Below, piece after piece: positions 48,984 through 58,880 of a stretch of 62,972 nucleotides of DNA. The notes beneath the pieces are model-generated. The model worked only from the letters and a program-made list of their open reading frames with translations, was not told the origin of the DNA and searched no databases. The stretch covers positions 1-62,972 of the forward strand of contig CAVYHW010000111.1 in the NCBI GenBank assembly GCA_963768215.1. The letters run 5' to 3'. Each line of letters starts with the position of its first letter. Positions within the stretch are counted from its first letter, which is position 1. The position numbers were made by a program, and so were the translations under genes. The DNA comes from an uncultured Gammaproteobacteria bacterium. Its GTDB lineage: Bacteria; Pseudomonadota; Gammaproteobacteria; SZUA-229.

Positions 48984-49961
48984 TCAAATAGTCTGGTAAT
49001 AAAGATTCTGCGGATGATTCGCCTGTGCAAAAAAGAACCAGCGTTCGGCAATTAAGCCGATATATTGCACAACAAATGCCGTGGCAAATAATATAAACAT
49101 ATTGCTCGCCAGTGCACCTGAAAGTAACACAACAGGCACCGCAAAAACCAATATTAAAAATATCCACTTAATACTTTTAAATAAAGCCGGTTTTGCACCG
49201 TGAAAATATTCGCGGGTATTAAAAGAACCACCCATGGAACCCTGCGCTTTCTGCTCGATATTAGTATGACGGATTCCTATAGCACTGCTTAAATTTGATT
49301 TGTATTTAATCCTTGTGTTGCGTATTAAAGATGCACTGCGAGTTATAAAAGCAGAAACAGTTAAAACAATTGCCCAGGCACCGTAAAAGTGAATTAAGTT
49401 AGAATCAACATAAGCGGCAAATGCCGCGCTTAAGGCAAAACCTGAAGCCATACCTAACAAAATGTAATTTGCTACTGTTAGCGGTGAAGCCCATTCCTGT
49501 AAAAACTTTATGCAGGCATAGATCATTGCGGTGCAGATAAATAATGTAAACGCTAATATTGTATTGATAGCACCGACCAGTAAAGATAAATCAACAATAA
49601 AATCTTCACTTAATGAAAACATTACAGGGTTCAAGCCACTGATATGAATAATCGCATATATAAATGTGGTGCTCATAAAAGCAGGCAGCACAATGACTTC
49701 ACGCGATAACCAGGAGGTCTTCCATTTGGCCGCCGAGCGCCATGCACGTTCCGGACGACCTAAATGAAAGAATGATGCAACCAGTCCAGCGGCTAAAAAA
49801 ACAAGTGCAAGTAAACTGCCGTAACCATAAAAGCCGGGGGAATTCTGTACTGGTAATACTTTGATTACGGAATATAACTGGCCAGTATATAAGGCCAGAA
49901 ACAGGCCCTGACCGACGCCAATCAGAGTGGTTAGAAAAATAACTGAAAAAGCAGGATGCAT
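48984..49961 (-). CDS. soeC: Sulfite:quinone oxidoreductase membrane anchor (DmsC-like)
   Basis: MHPAFSVIFLTT, SFFHLGRPERAWR, WLSRE, AERWFFFAQANHPQNLYYQ. Confidence 0.9.
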   Translation of the reverse strand: MHPAFSVIFLTTLIGVGQGLFLALYTGQLYSVIKVLPVQNSPGFYGYGSLLALVFLAAGLVASFFHLGRPERAWRSAAKWKTSWLSREVIVLPAFMSTTFIYAIIHISGLNPVMFSLSEDFIVDLSLLVGAINTILAFTLFICTAMIYACIKFLQEWASPLTVANYILLGMASGFALSAAFAAYVDSNLIHFYGAWAIVLTVSAFITRSASLIRNTRIKYKSNLSSAIGIRHTNIEQKAQGSMGGSFNTREYFHGAKPALFKSIKWIFLILVFAVPVVLLSGALASNMFILFATAFVVQYIGLIAERWFFFAQANHPQNLYYQTI

Positions 49962-49982
49962 AATATTTTCTCTTTGAAAAAC

Positions 49983-50714
49983 CTACCAGCTCATTATATC
50001 GTCTAATGTTTGTTCATCATCATCAGGCACTGGTAACTGGCGTTCTTTATAAAGTGGATTATCAACACGCGTAAGTTCATCTCTGTGTATCGTTATGTTA
50101 GCTTTACGGCGTGGCAAATAATGATTAGCTGGTTTTGTTCCCCACTCCGGCATTAACTGATAACCACCGTTGTCGCGAATTTGTTCTGAAACATTTGAAT
50201 CGGGGTCGTTTACATCACCAAATAACCGGGCACTGGTTGGGCAGGCTAAAACACAGGCTGGCTTGCGTTCTGCCTCTGGCAGGCTCATGTCATAAATTCG
50301 ATCAACACATAAGGTACATTTTTTCATTACCTTCTGGTTTTCATCAATTTCACGTGCGCCGTAAGGACAGGCCCATGAACAATATTTGCAGCCGATGCAT
50401 TTATCGTAATCAACCAGAACAATACCGTCTTCCTCACGTTTGTAGCTGGCGCCGGTTGGGCAAACCGGAACGCAAGGCGGTTCTTCACAATGCAGGCAAC
50501 TTTTTGGAAAGTGTACGGTTTGTGTATTGGGATATTTGCCGATTTCAAATGTTTGTACGCGATTGAAAAATGTTCCGCTTGGGTCTTTATCATAAGGATT
50601 AAAGTCAGACATAAATCCGGCAGTGCCGGACGTGTTCCATTCTTTACAGCTGGTAACACAGGCATGGCAACCAACACAAACATTCAGATCGATAACTAAA
50701 GCAAGTTGAGTCAT
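49983..50714 (-). CDS. soeB: Sulfite:quinone oxidoreductase Fe-S subunit
   Basis: CVGCHAC, CLHCEEPPCVPVCP, CIGCKYCSWACP, KCTLC; between soeA and soeC. Confidence 0.92.
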   Translation of the reverse strand: MTQLALVIDLNVCVGCHACVTSCKEWNTSGTAGFMSDFNPYDKDPSGTFFNRVQTFEIGKYPNTQTVHFPKSCLHCEEPPCVPVCPTGASYKREEDGIVLVDYDKCIGCKYCSWACPYGAREIDENQKVMKKCTLCVDRIYDMSLPEAERKPACVLACPTSARLFGDVNDPDSNVSEQIRDNGGYQLMPEWGTKPANHYLPRRKANITIHRDELTRVDNPLYKERQLPVPDDDEQTLDDIMSW

Positions 50715-53647
50715 TATTTTTTCACTCTTTTACCGGCGAAATATTTTAGCCAGCGGCCACTGATAAACTTATTCCGTGCCTTATTGTAATCATTAGCATC
50801 AGGAATTTTTGCACCGGCTTTAAATTGCGGGAAGCTTTCCCTGGCTTCACTGTCTGCAGCAGGGTAAATTTTTACACGTACGTCATACCAGCCTGCCTGT
50901 CCGGTGACAGGGTCAGAGTTTGATAAATGATCTCCTGCTTTACTGGCTGGCAGTTCTTCACTGATCAGGTGATTTAACAAAAATCCTTTTTGAGATTCAT
51001 TGGCATTTTCCTTTAAACCCCAGGCACCTTTTGCTTTACCAATGGCATTCCATGTCCATACCGTGCCGGGTTCAACCGCCTCTGAATGGCGGCACATACA
51101 ACGTACTTTGCCGTGCATCGATTCTACCCACATCCATTGGCCATCACCGATACCTGCAGCATTGGCCGTTTTTGAATTCACGTGTAAATAATTATGTGTG
51201 TGAATCTGGCGTAACCAGGCATTTTGCGAATCCCAGGAATGGTACATAGCCATGGGTCGTTGCGTAATGGCATTTAACGGGTACTGACGTAAATCGGTCT
51301 GTTGCGCTTCCAGTGTGTCAGAATAAAAAGGCAAAGGATCAAAATGTGTATTGATGCGATCACGCAAATGATCTGGCGGCTGTTTACCATCAGATTTACC
51401 CTGCGCGGCCAGGCGGAATTTTTGTAAGATTTCACTATAGATATGAATGTTTATGGGTTCGGCGTAACGCGTCAGACTGTGACGTTTTGCCCATTCCAGA
51501 TAACCCTGGTTCCAGTTCCGCATATATTGATAAGACTTGGGCAGTTCATAGTGGAACACGCAATTATTCTTTTCGTACATTTCCCACTGATTCGGGTTGG
51601 GCTCCCCTTTCATGAATTTTTCACCACCCTTGCCGCGCCAGCCGGCAAGAAATCCAATGCCGGAATCCGGTGCTGTTTCATAATTGATCACAAAGTCAGG
51701 ATAATCACGGTATTTACGCTCGCCCTGTTCGTTAACAAACGCCGGCAGTTTTAAACGTGAACCCAGTTCTATAAGTACTTCCTGGAACGGTTTGCATTCA
51801 CCGGTCGGTGGTATCACGGGAACACGAACCGAGTCTACCGGACCATCAAATTCTGAAATGGGACGATCTAACATCGACATGACATCATGGCGTTCCAGGT
51901 AAGTGGTATCGGGTAATACTAAATCAGCAAAGGCCACCATTTCTGACTGGAAGGCATCACACACGATAAGAAATGGAATTTTGTATTCGCCCTCAGCATC
52001 TTTATCGTTCAGCATTTTGCGCACATTTTCCGTGTTCATGGTTGAGTTCCATGCCATGTTGGACATGAAAATCATCATGGTATCAATTGAATACGGGTCG
52101 CCACGCCATGCATTGGTAATGGCATTTTGCATCAGGCCATGGACGGACAATGGATGCTCCCAGGAAAATGCTTTATCTAACCGGATCGGCTGACCCTCTT
52201 TATCAACAAACAAATCATCCGGGTCGGCCGGCCAGCCAAGTGGCATACCGTTTAAAGGCGTATTGGGCTGGATATCATCCCAGCTGGTTGGTGTTTTTGC
52301 GCAAGGTGGGATCGGTCTTGGAAACGGCGCCTTGTGGCGAAATCCACCAGGGCGATCAATGGTGCCTAATATACTCATTAAGATAGACATCGCACGAATC
52401 GTCTGGAAACCATTGGAATGTGCCGCCAGTCCGCGCATCGCATGAAAAGATACCGGGTTGCCGGTTATATGGTCATGTTCCTTGTCCCAGGCATCGGTCC
52501 ATGAAATTGGTAACTCGATTTTCTCATCACGCGCAGTAATGCCCATTTCATAAGCCAGGCGTTTAATGGTTTCAACGGGAATGCCGGTAATTTCTGCTGC
52601 CCACTCGGGCGTGTAATCTTTTACCCTGTCGACCAGTAACTGGAATGCGGGTTTGACGGGTGTGCCATCATCCAGCTGAAACTCACCTAACAGGTAAGGG
52701 TCTGAGCCTTCGGTGTGCATAGAGATCGGTTTATTCAATGCTCTGTCCCACCAAAGTTTGTTCTGGGCATCGAAACAACCTTCCTCTTTTGGCACTTCGA
52801 AACGCACAAACATGCCATGTTCGGTGGACTTTTCATCCATATTTACCAGCTCGGCTGAGTTGGTGTAATTAATTAAAAAATCGCGGTCGAATAAACCCTG
52901 CTTGATGATTTCATTAATCAGCGCGAGGAATAACGCGCCATCCGTCCCCGGTTTAATCGGTACCCATTCATCCGCAATACCGGCATAACCACTACGCACA
53001 GGATTAATCGCAATAAACTTGCCACCCTGGCGTTTGAAGTTGGCCAATTCAATCTTCATCGGGTTGGAATGGTGGTCTTCGGCGGTTCCAATCATGATGA
53101 ACAACCTGGAACGTTCCAGGTCCGGGCCACCAAACTCCCAGAAAGAGCCGCCGATGGTGTAAATCATGCCGGCGGCCATATTTACCGAACACAGGCCGCC
53201 GTGTGCTGCATAGTTGGGTGTGCCATATTGTTTGGAAAATAATCCGGTTAGTGCCTGCATCTGGTCGCGGCCGGTAAACAGTGCGAATTTTTTCGGGTCA
53301 GTGGCGCGAATATGGGCCAGACGCTCTTCCATAATAGAAAATGCCCTGTCCCAGGAAATTTCAACGAAGTCATTATCGCCGCGATTACTTTCCGGTTTGC
53401 GCATCAACGGTTTAGTCAGGCGTGCAGGTGAATACTGCTTCATAATGCCTGACGCACCTTTAGCGCAAATAACGCCTTTATTCAGTGGATGTTCGGGATT
53501 GCCCTGAATATAACGCACTTCACCATCGCGTAGCGTTACACGAATACCGCAACGACAGGCACACATATAACAGGTGGTGTTTTTGGTCTCTATACGGCTG
53601 TTTTCATCCGTTGCTTTCGAAGTCGGATTGTGTACAGGTTGTGACAT
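50714..53647 (-). CDS. soeA: Sulfite:quinone oxidoreductase molybdopterin subunit
   Basis: TTCYMCACRCGI, no Tat signal, FTGRDQMQAL, HAMRGLAAHSNGFQT, MYHSWDSQNAWLRQI, SDPVTGQAGWYD. Confidence 0.92.
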   Translation of the reverse strand: MSQPVHNPTSKATDENSRIETKNTTCYMCACRCGIRVTLRDGEVRYIQGNPEHPLNKGVICAKGASGIMKQYSPARLTKPLMRKPESNRGDNDFVEISWDRAFSIMEERLAHIRATDPKKFALFTGRDQMQALTGLFSKQYGTPNYAAHGGLCSVNMAAGMIYTIGGSFWEFGGPDLERSRLFIMIGTAEDHHSNPMKIELANFKRQGGKFIAINPVRSGYAGIADEWVPIKPGTDGALFLALINEIIKQGLFDRDFLINYTNSAELVNMDEKSTEHGMFVRFEVPKEEGCFDAQNKLWWDRALNKPISMHTEGSDPYLLGEFQLDDGTPVKPAFQLLVDRVKDYTPEWAAEITGIPVETIKRLAYEMGITARDEKIELPISWTDAWDKEHDHITGNPVSFHAMRGLAAHSNGFQTIRAMSILMSILGTIDRPGGFRHKAPFPRPIPPCAKTPTSWDDIQPNTPLNGMPLGWPADPDDLFVDKEGQPIRLDKAFSWEHPLSVHGLMQNAITNAWRGDPYSIDTMMIFMSNMAWNSTMNTENVRKMLNDKDAEGEYKIPFLIVCDAFQSEMVAFADLVLPDTTYLERHDVMSMLDRPISEFDGPVDSVRVPVIPPTGECKPFQEVLIELGSRLKLPAFVNEQGERKYRDYPDFVINYETAPDSGIGFLAGWRGKGGEKFMKGEPNPNQWEMYEKNNCVFHYELPKSYQYMRNWNQGYLEWAKRHSLTRYAEPINIHIYSEILQKFRLAAQGKSDGKQPPDHLRDRINTHFDPLPFYSDTLEAQQTDLRQYPLNAITQRPMAMYHSWDSQNAWLRQIHTHNYLHVNSKTANAAGIGDGQWMWVESMHGKVRCMCRHSEAVEPGTVWTWNAIGKAKGAWGLKENANESQKGFLLNHLISEELPASKAGDHLSNSDPVTGQAGWYDVRVKIYPAADSEARESFPQFKAGAKIPDANDYNKARNKFISGRWLKYFAGKRVKK

Positions 53648-54074
53648 GGTTGTTCCTGAGATGAAGCTAAGCTTGGGTAGGTTAGTATCTCTTTAATAAT
53701 ATCAATAGCTTACTGTACGCCAGCAGTATAGCTTTGGCAAATCAGTATTATTAACGAGGCCATAAAATATCCTAATATTCTAATATAGTTTGAGTTAATC
53801 ATCTATATTCACAATTATAATCGTAACATGGTCATGGATACCACTAATCTCCCATACACCTAAATTCAACAACCAACAATGAAATCAACAGGATATGAGA
53901 AATCCAATTAATGGATGTAGATGTTTGTTTTGGTCCACTCCGTCCCCTTTAATTTGTGCAGTTCAAAAAGCAATTTCATCAAGTAGTCTGCAAATTATTA
54001 ACGCTAATCGTCTGAAATAAACTGAACAGGTTATCGCAAGTTCAGTGTTATAACTTTTTAATTAGTGGATGTCT

Positions 54075-55925
54075 TTATTTTTTGTCTCTTGAAACAGCCG
54101 TGTCTGTTTGCTGCCAACTATGGTCTGCCTGTGCCGAAAGATGATCTTCGTCCGATTCCATGGTATTTCGTATGCTGATACGCGCATCTGCTGAAATTTT
54201 TACTCGCACATCGAAGTCTTCATGATAATGCTGATACAGTTCCTGCAAGGTTTCCCGGTCATGCGCGCGGAATCGGTGGGCCGCCTGTTTTGCTCGCCAG
54301 GCAGTAAAACCCAACTGTTTTAACACTTGTTCACCGAGAAGCAATGCGCCTTCAAAGGTTTCGCGTTCGTAGACATGCGCACCTTTTTCGAGCAATGCAA
54401 AAACGTGTCCGAGATCCCAGGCACGAGCGATAATTTGCAGATGTGGGAAATTTTCTCGCACCAATTCGACGAGTTGCAACGCACCTTCCTTGTCATCGAT
54501 AGCAACCACCAGCACTTTCGCGCGCTCAGCACCCGCAGAACGCAACAAGTCCAGCCTGGAGGCATCACCATAGAAAACCTTGAAACGAAATCGACGCAGC
54601 ACTTCGATGTGATTAGGATCGTGTTCAAGCACGGTGGCATCAATGCCGTTGGCATGTAACAGGCGACCAACGATTTGGCCAAAACGCCCGAAGCCTGCAA
54701 TAATCACCAGGTTGCCTTCATCCTTCATTTCATCCATAGGTGCTGCGGGTGCTTTATCAAGGCGTGGCTCAATAAACTTATCATGCAGCAACATCAACAA
54801 GGGTGTGGTAATCATCGACAAAGCAACCGTAACGATCAATGTATCGGTAATTTCAGTGGGAAAGACGCCGCCCATTTGTGCGACTCCGAACAGCACAAAC
54901 GCAAATTCACCACCCTGTGATAACACAACAGCGAATAACGGCAGTTGACGGGCAGGCAAGCCGTAAACATGGCCGAGCAAATACAGGAGGCACATTTTCG
55001 TAAGAACCAGACCCAGCGCCAGCCCCGCAATCAGCAATGGATCGCGCAGCAATATGCCGAAGTCAATCGACATACCCACTGCAATAAAAAACAATCCCAG
55101 CAGCAATCCCTTAAAGGGCTCGATATCACTTTCCAGTGCGTGGCGGTATTCCGATTCGGCAAGCAATACCCCGGCAAGAAAAGCACCCAGCGCCATCGAC
55201 ATACCGACCATATCCACCAGCAACGAGGTGGCAATGACCAGCAGCAGGGAAAATGCGGTAAAAACTTCACGCAGCCCGGTGGCGGCGATCATACGCAACA
55301 CGTGGCGCAACAAAAATCGTCCACCAATAACGATCAATAAAATGACGCCTAATCGCCTGCAGTAGAGCCATCCAGTCGAATGCACTCGCAACATTATCCG
55401 ATCCAGCTCGTACCCAGCAAAGGGATCACCGCCAGCATGGGGATGACGGCAATATCCTGAAACAACAATACCGAAAATCCACTGTGACCGGCGGGCGTAG
55501 GCAGCAAATTTTTCTCGGTCAACAGTTGCAGGGCCATGGCGGTAGATGAAAGTGATAAGCCCATGGCTGCCACCAGGGCAACGGAACCTGTCAATCCAAA
55601 CAGCATGCCAGCACCGGCAAGGATCAAGCCAGTTAAAACAACCTGCGCACCGCCTAGACCAAGGATCGGCTTGCGCATCTCCAATAAACGCGCCGGGTTC
55701 AGTTCCAGACCAATTGCAAACAGCAACAGGACAACACCAAATTCACTAAAATGCAGGATATCCTCTGCCTCCTTAATCAGGCCAAGCACCCACGGCCCGA
55801 TCACAACGCCCGCCAGGAGATAACCCAGCACCGATCCGAAACCAAGGCGTTTCGAAATTGGCACCGCGATCACTGCATGCCAGGAGGTAAATAAAGACGT
55901 TGAATAACAGACTGTGCTCGTCCAC
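54075..55925 (-). pseudogene. kefC: Glutathione-regulated K+ efflux antiporter KefC/KefB, with three single-base insertions (probably sequence errors)
   Basis: GTG at 55925 gives [16 protein letters not shown]; removing one base each near 55877, 55408 and 55353 restores a ~615-aa protein with [32 protein letters not shown]. Confidence 0.85.
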
Positions 55926-55933
55926 AAAAGCTC

Positions 55934-56485
55934 CTAACTAACCTTGGCTGGCTTATATTCTTCAAGCATGCGCCGGTAACGGGCGGCATGTTCATCAATC
56001 ACATCCTGCGACAAACCATGACCGCCATACAGTACCAGTGGCGCTAGAAACTGCATACCGCAAAAGCGTGCCGCTTGCTCTATGGGCCGGATCAATTCCT
56101 CGAAAGTGTAATGATGGATACCACCAGGCTGATACTGCTCGGCCGGTGCACCGGTGCTTGCGACCAGCATGAAGTCTTTGCCCTGCAGCGCATCGCCTCC
56201 GGTACCGTAGGCAAAACCTTGCAACAGAACGGTATCCTGAAAGTGCTTGAATATCGCGGGAGCTGCATACCAATAAATGGGATGTTGAAAAACGATCAAA
56301 TCGGCATTGCGTAACAGCGTTTGTTCAGTCGCAGTATCTATAAAGAAATCGGGATAAAGTTCGTGAAGATCACGAAAGTTAACATGTGGGAGACTGCTTA
56401 CGGCGTCGCTAAGGGTACGGTTTATCAGCGACCGCTCAATATCGAGATGCGCAAAATAAACCACAATATTTGAATCATTACTCAT
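55934..56485 (-). CDS. kefF: KefF/KefG-type flavodoxin-fold ancillary oxidoreductase
   Basis: DLHELYPDFFID, QHPIYWY, GFAYG; directly upstream of kefC. Confidence 0.85.
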   Translation of the reverse strand: MSNDSNIVVYFAHLDIERSLINRTLSDAVSSLPHVNFRDLHELYPDFFIDTATEQTLLRNADLIVFQHPIYWYAAPAIFKHFQDTVLLQGFAYGTGGDALQGKDFMLVASTGAPAEQYQPGGIHHYTFEELIRPIEQAARFCGMQFLAPLVLYGGHGLSQDVIDEHAARYRRMLEEYKPAKVS

Positions 56486-56861
56486 TCAAATTCATCCGCG
56501 GCAAGCATGATAATTATATTAGTTATGGCCAGACCCCATTGATTCTCGACCTGGTATAACAACGCCTTTGCTAAAGTTTAATGTTATTGATAGTAACAAT
56601 CACCTCAGGATTGGTCAAAACTTAATCCCGTCCCCTTGAATTAATCCACAGCTGTAGACAACGATAACTAAAGTTAACTATACAGCGGTGGGGACATGTG
56701 CAATTTAATATTGACTGGCAGTTATGAATATCACCATATTACACTGCTGCCCCGTTAACTTTATTATCAGTGCCTGCGTATGTTGATACATCTAACAAAA
56801 CCAGCATTAATTACAATCAAGACATGAATCAGTCACACCCAGCAACGACGCGCCGTGAAAC

Positions 56862-56948
56862 TACCTGCATGGATGAAGGAAATGCAGATATTGCAGGAGC
56901 AAATATCTGCCATCCATGGTGGCTCAACACCCGCATCCATGCGGGTGA
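56862..56948. repeat. CATGGATG/CATCCATG-type palindromic element
   Basis: cctgcatggatgaagg, gcagatattg-caggag-caaatatctgc, cacccgcatccatgcgggtg hairpins. Confidence 0.5.
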
Positions 56949-57044
56949 TGGTCATTGCTGGATATGCCCAATTCATGTCTTTGGCAGTTAACGGGACAGC
57001 AGTGACCATATTAATAATTATTTTTCTTCTCCTGCCTGGTAATT

Positions 57045-57488
57045 TCAGTCGGGGCTACATGAATCCCCGGACGACTGTAGTTTGGTATTGGGAACACCTA
57101 CTGCACCAGCGTAGAACGCGACAAGTTCAGCAGGTCCTTTAACCGCCTTACCCTGGTGCCGGGAGTTCATAACTTCGTCAATAACATCACCCTTGTCAAA
57201 CAGGTGGCTTTGTCCTGACTGCGTAACGACTTCAATATGACCTTTTAACATATAGGCAAACGCCGGTACGGGGTGACAGTGCCACTCTGTTGACTCACCG
57301 GCATCAAGGCGTATTTTAACCGCCGTCACTTCAGCGTCACCCGTCGGATATGAGAAATCTCCACCATTCCAGGAGGTACTCGTTTTTGCAAGTACAACGA
57401 CGTCTGCGGAAAACGCAAAATCTGGAAATAAAAACAACAAAACCAAACCCAGGATAATAACCGGTTTCCAGATTACTAATGTATTCAT
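57045..57488 (-). CDS. Secreted cupin-domain protein
   Basis: Signal peptide; WHCHPVPAFAYMLKG, EVMNSRHQG. Confidence 0.85.
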   Translation of the reverse strand: MNTLVIWKPVIILGLVLLFLFPDFAFSADVVVLAKTSTSWNGGDFSYPTGDAEVTAVKIRLDAGESTEWHCHPVPAFAYMLKGHIEVVTQSGQSHLFDKGDVIDEVMNSRHQGKAVKGPAELVAFYAGAVGVPNTKLQSSGDSCSPD

Positions 57489-57519
57489 TATTTTTCTCCC
57501 TTATGGTATTGACGGCATT

Positions 57520-57720
57520 GGGGTCATAGCGCATACGGGGTCAAGACGTACATATCACATTCAATTTCTTTGATCGCTCGACTCAGTGTCGCACTGAGCT
57601 TACCCCAAGGTGCTGCCCCGCTTCTTTCAAAGTGTGATAGCCTGCAAGACAGGCTCTTGCCATGGCTTCATTGCGTGAAGGGTATCGTTGTTGATAATAG
57701 CTACATGGTTTAATGGCAGC
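57520..57720 (-). pseudogene. C-terminal remnant of a Y1 (IS200-like/REP-associated) tyrosine transposase with its right-end motif
   Basis: Manual translation IKPCSYYQQRYPSRNEAMARACLAGYHTLKEAGQHLGVS(fs)ATLSRAIKE, an HTH tail, followed by ATGTGATATGTACGTCTTGACCCC. Confidence 0.6.
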
Positions 57721-57753
57721 TCCCTATTATACCCTTGCACCCCAGCGCCACGC

Positions 57754-58131
57754 TTAAGCCGGGCTTTCATCAATATCTTCGTAATCATCAGTCGAAAACC
57801 GAGGAGTACAAATAGCCAGCAAGACCAGGTCCTCTGAACCGATGTTAGTGATACGTTGACGACACATCGGTGGAATGATTACAACATCACCGGGATTTAC
57901 CTCTTGCGCCGGCAATTTCCCAACCTCTACGCGACCTCTGCCTTTGACTATGCAGTAACGCTCGCAGGTATTTGTAAGCCTATGCCAACGAGTTGTCACG
58001 CCAGGCTCCACTCTCGCTCGAGCGATTGATAGACCTGGGTCATCAGGCGTGTTCGATAATTCGACGATGTGACACTTCTCTTCGGTATAGAACTCACTGC
58101 TAAGATCTTGCAGTTTAATAGTTTCCTTCAT
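57754..58131 (-). CDS. Cupin-domain protein
   Basis: SIARARVEPGVTTRWHRL, ERYCIVKGRG, PGDVVIIPP, AICTPRF. Confidence 0.88.
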   Translation of the reverse strand: MKETIKLQDLSSEFYTEEKCHIVELSNTPDDPGLSIARARVEPGVTTRWHRLTNTCERYCIVKGRGRVEVGKLPAQEVNPGDVVIIPPMCRQRITNIGSEDLVLLAICTPRFSTDDYEDIDESPA

Positions 58132-58146
58132 TCGATTCTCCTATTT

Positions 58147-58212
58147 GCCTAGCGTTTCGCTTCACCAGGAGCCGCGTTTTTTGCGGCGATCTGGTGTAAG
58201 CGATTGTTCAGT
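58147..58212 (-). other. Integron attC-like site between the deaminase and cupin genes
   Basis: Minus strand ACTGAAC-aa-TCGCTTaCACCAG...CTGGTGAAGCGA-aac-GCTAGGC; 66 bp imperfect palindrome, R' with GTT to GCT change. Confidence 0.6.
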
Positions 58213-58218
58213 CGAATT

Positions 58219-58656
58219 CTACACGCCAATATCTTCATTCCACAGCTCAGGATTATTGTTAATAAACGTTTCCATAAGCTGCCTACATTTTGGGTCATCA
58301 ACGACGACAACTTCTACACCTCGAGACCTTACATAATCCTCCGGTCCGCAAAATGTACGGTTCTCTCCAATAACTACCTTTGGGATTCCATAGAGTAGCA
58401 CCGCACCACTACACATATCACAGGGAGACAAAGTCGAGTATAGTGTTGCTCGTCGATAGTCGGATGCTCTAATTCGTCCCGCATTTTCCAAACAATCCAT
58501 TTCTGCGTGCAATACCGCACTTCCTTTTTGTACGCGCTGATTGTGGCCACGCCCAACTATTTGGCCATCTATCACGAGTACCGATCCGATAGGTATACCA
58601 CCAGCGTCCATCCCTTTTCTCGCTTCTTCAATTGCTGCATCTAAGAATTTATCCAT
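58219..58656 (-). CDS. Zn-dependent nucleoside/cytosine deaminase (CDA fold)
   Basis: GGIPIGSVL, GRGHN, HAEMDCLENAGR, TLSPCDMC, WNEDIG. Confidence 0.9.
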   Translation of the reverse strand: MDKFLDAAIEEARKGMDAGGIPIGSVLVIDGQIVGRGHNQRVQKGSAVLHAEMDCLENAGRIRASDYRRATLYSTLSPCDMCSGAVLLYGIPKVVIGENRTFCGPEDYVRSRGVEVVVVDDPKCRQLMETFINNNPELWNEDIGV

Positions 58657-58880
58657 AATTTGTTTTCACATAAAGTTCGAGTTAAATGGCCGCAGCAAAG
58701 CAGAGGCCACGCTTGTACGACTTGTATGGTTGAATTTCCGCATTACCCTACCCCAGAATAAAAATGGGCATCCATAAATTTAATTCAATAACTTAAATAA
58801 TTACACTGGATAGACCGGCTGAGATAGCTGATGCTTATGTAGTGATTACAACAATGATAAATTCTGCACTGGTTTGTTAA

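Noticed and set aside
48947-49051. Extended N-terminus of the isochorismatase ORF
   Set aside because: Overlaps soeC; the ATG at 48946 gives a normal-length protein
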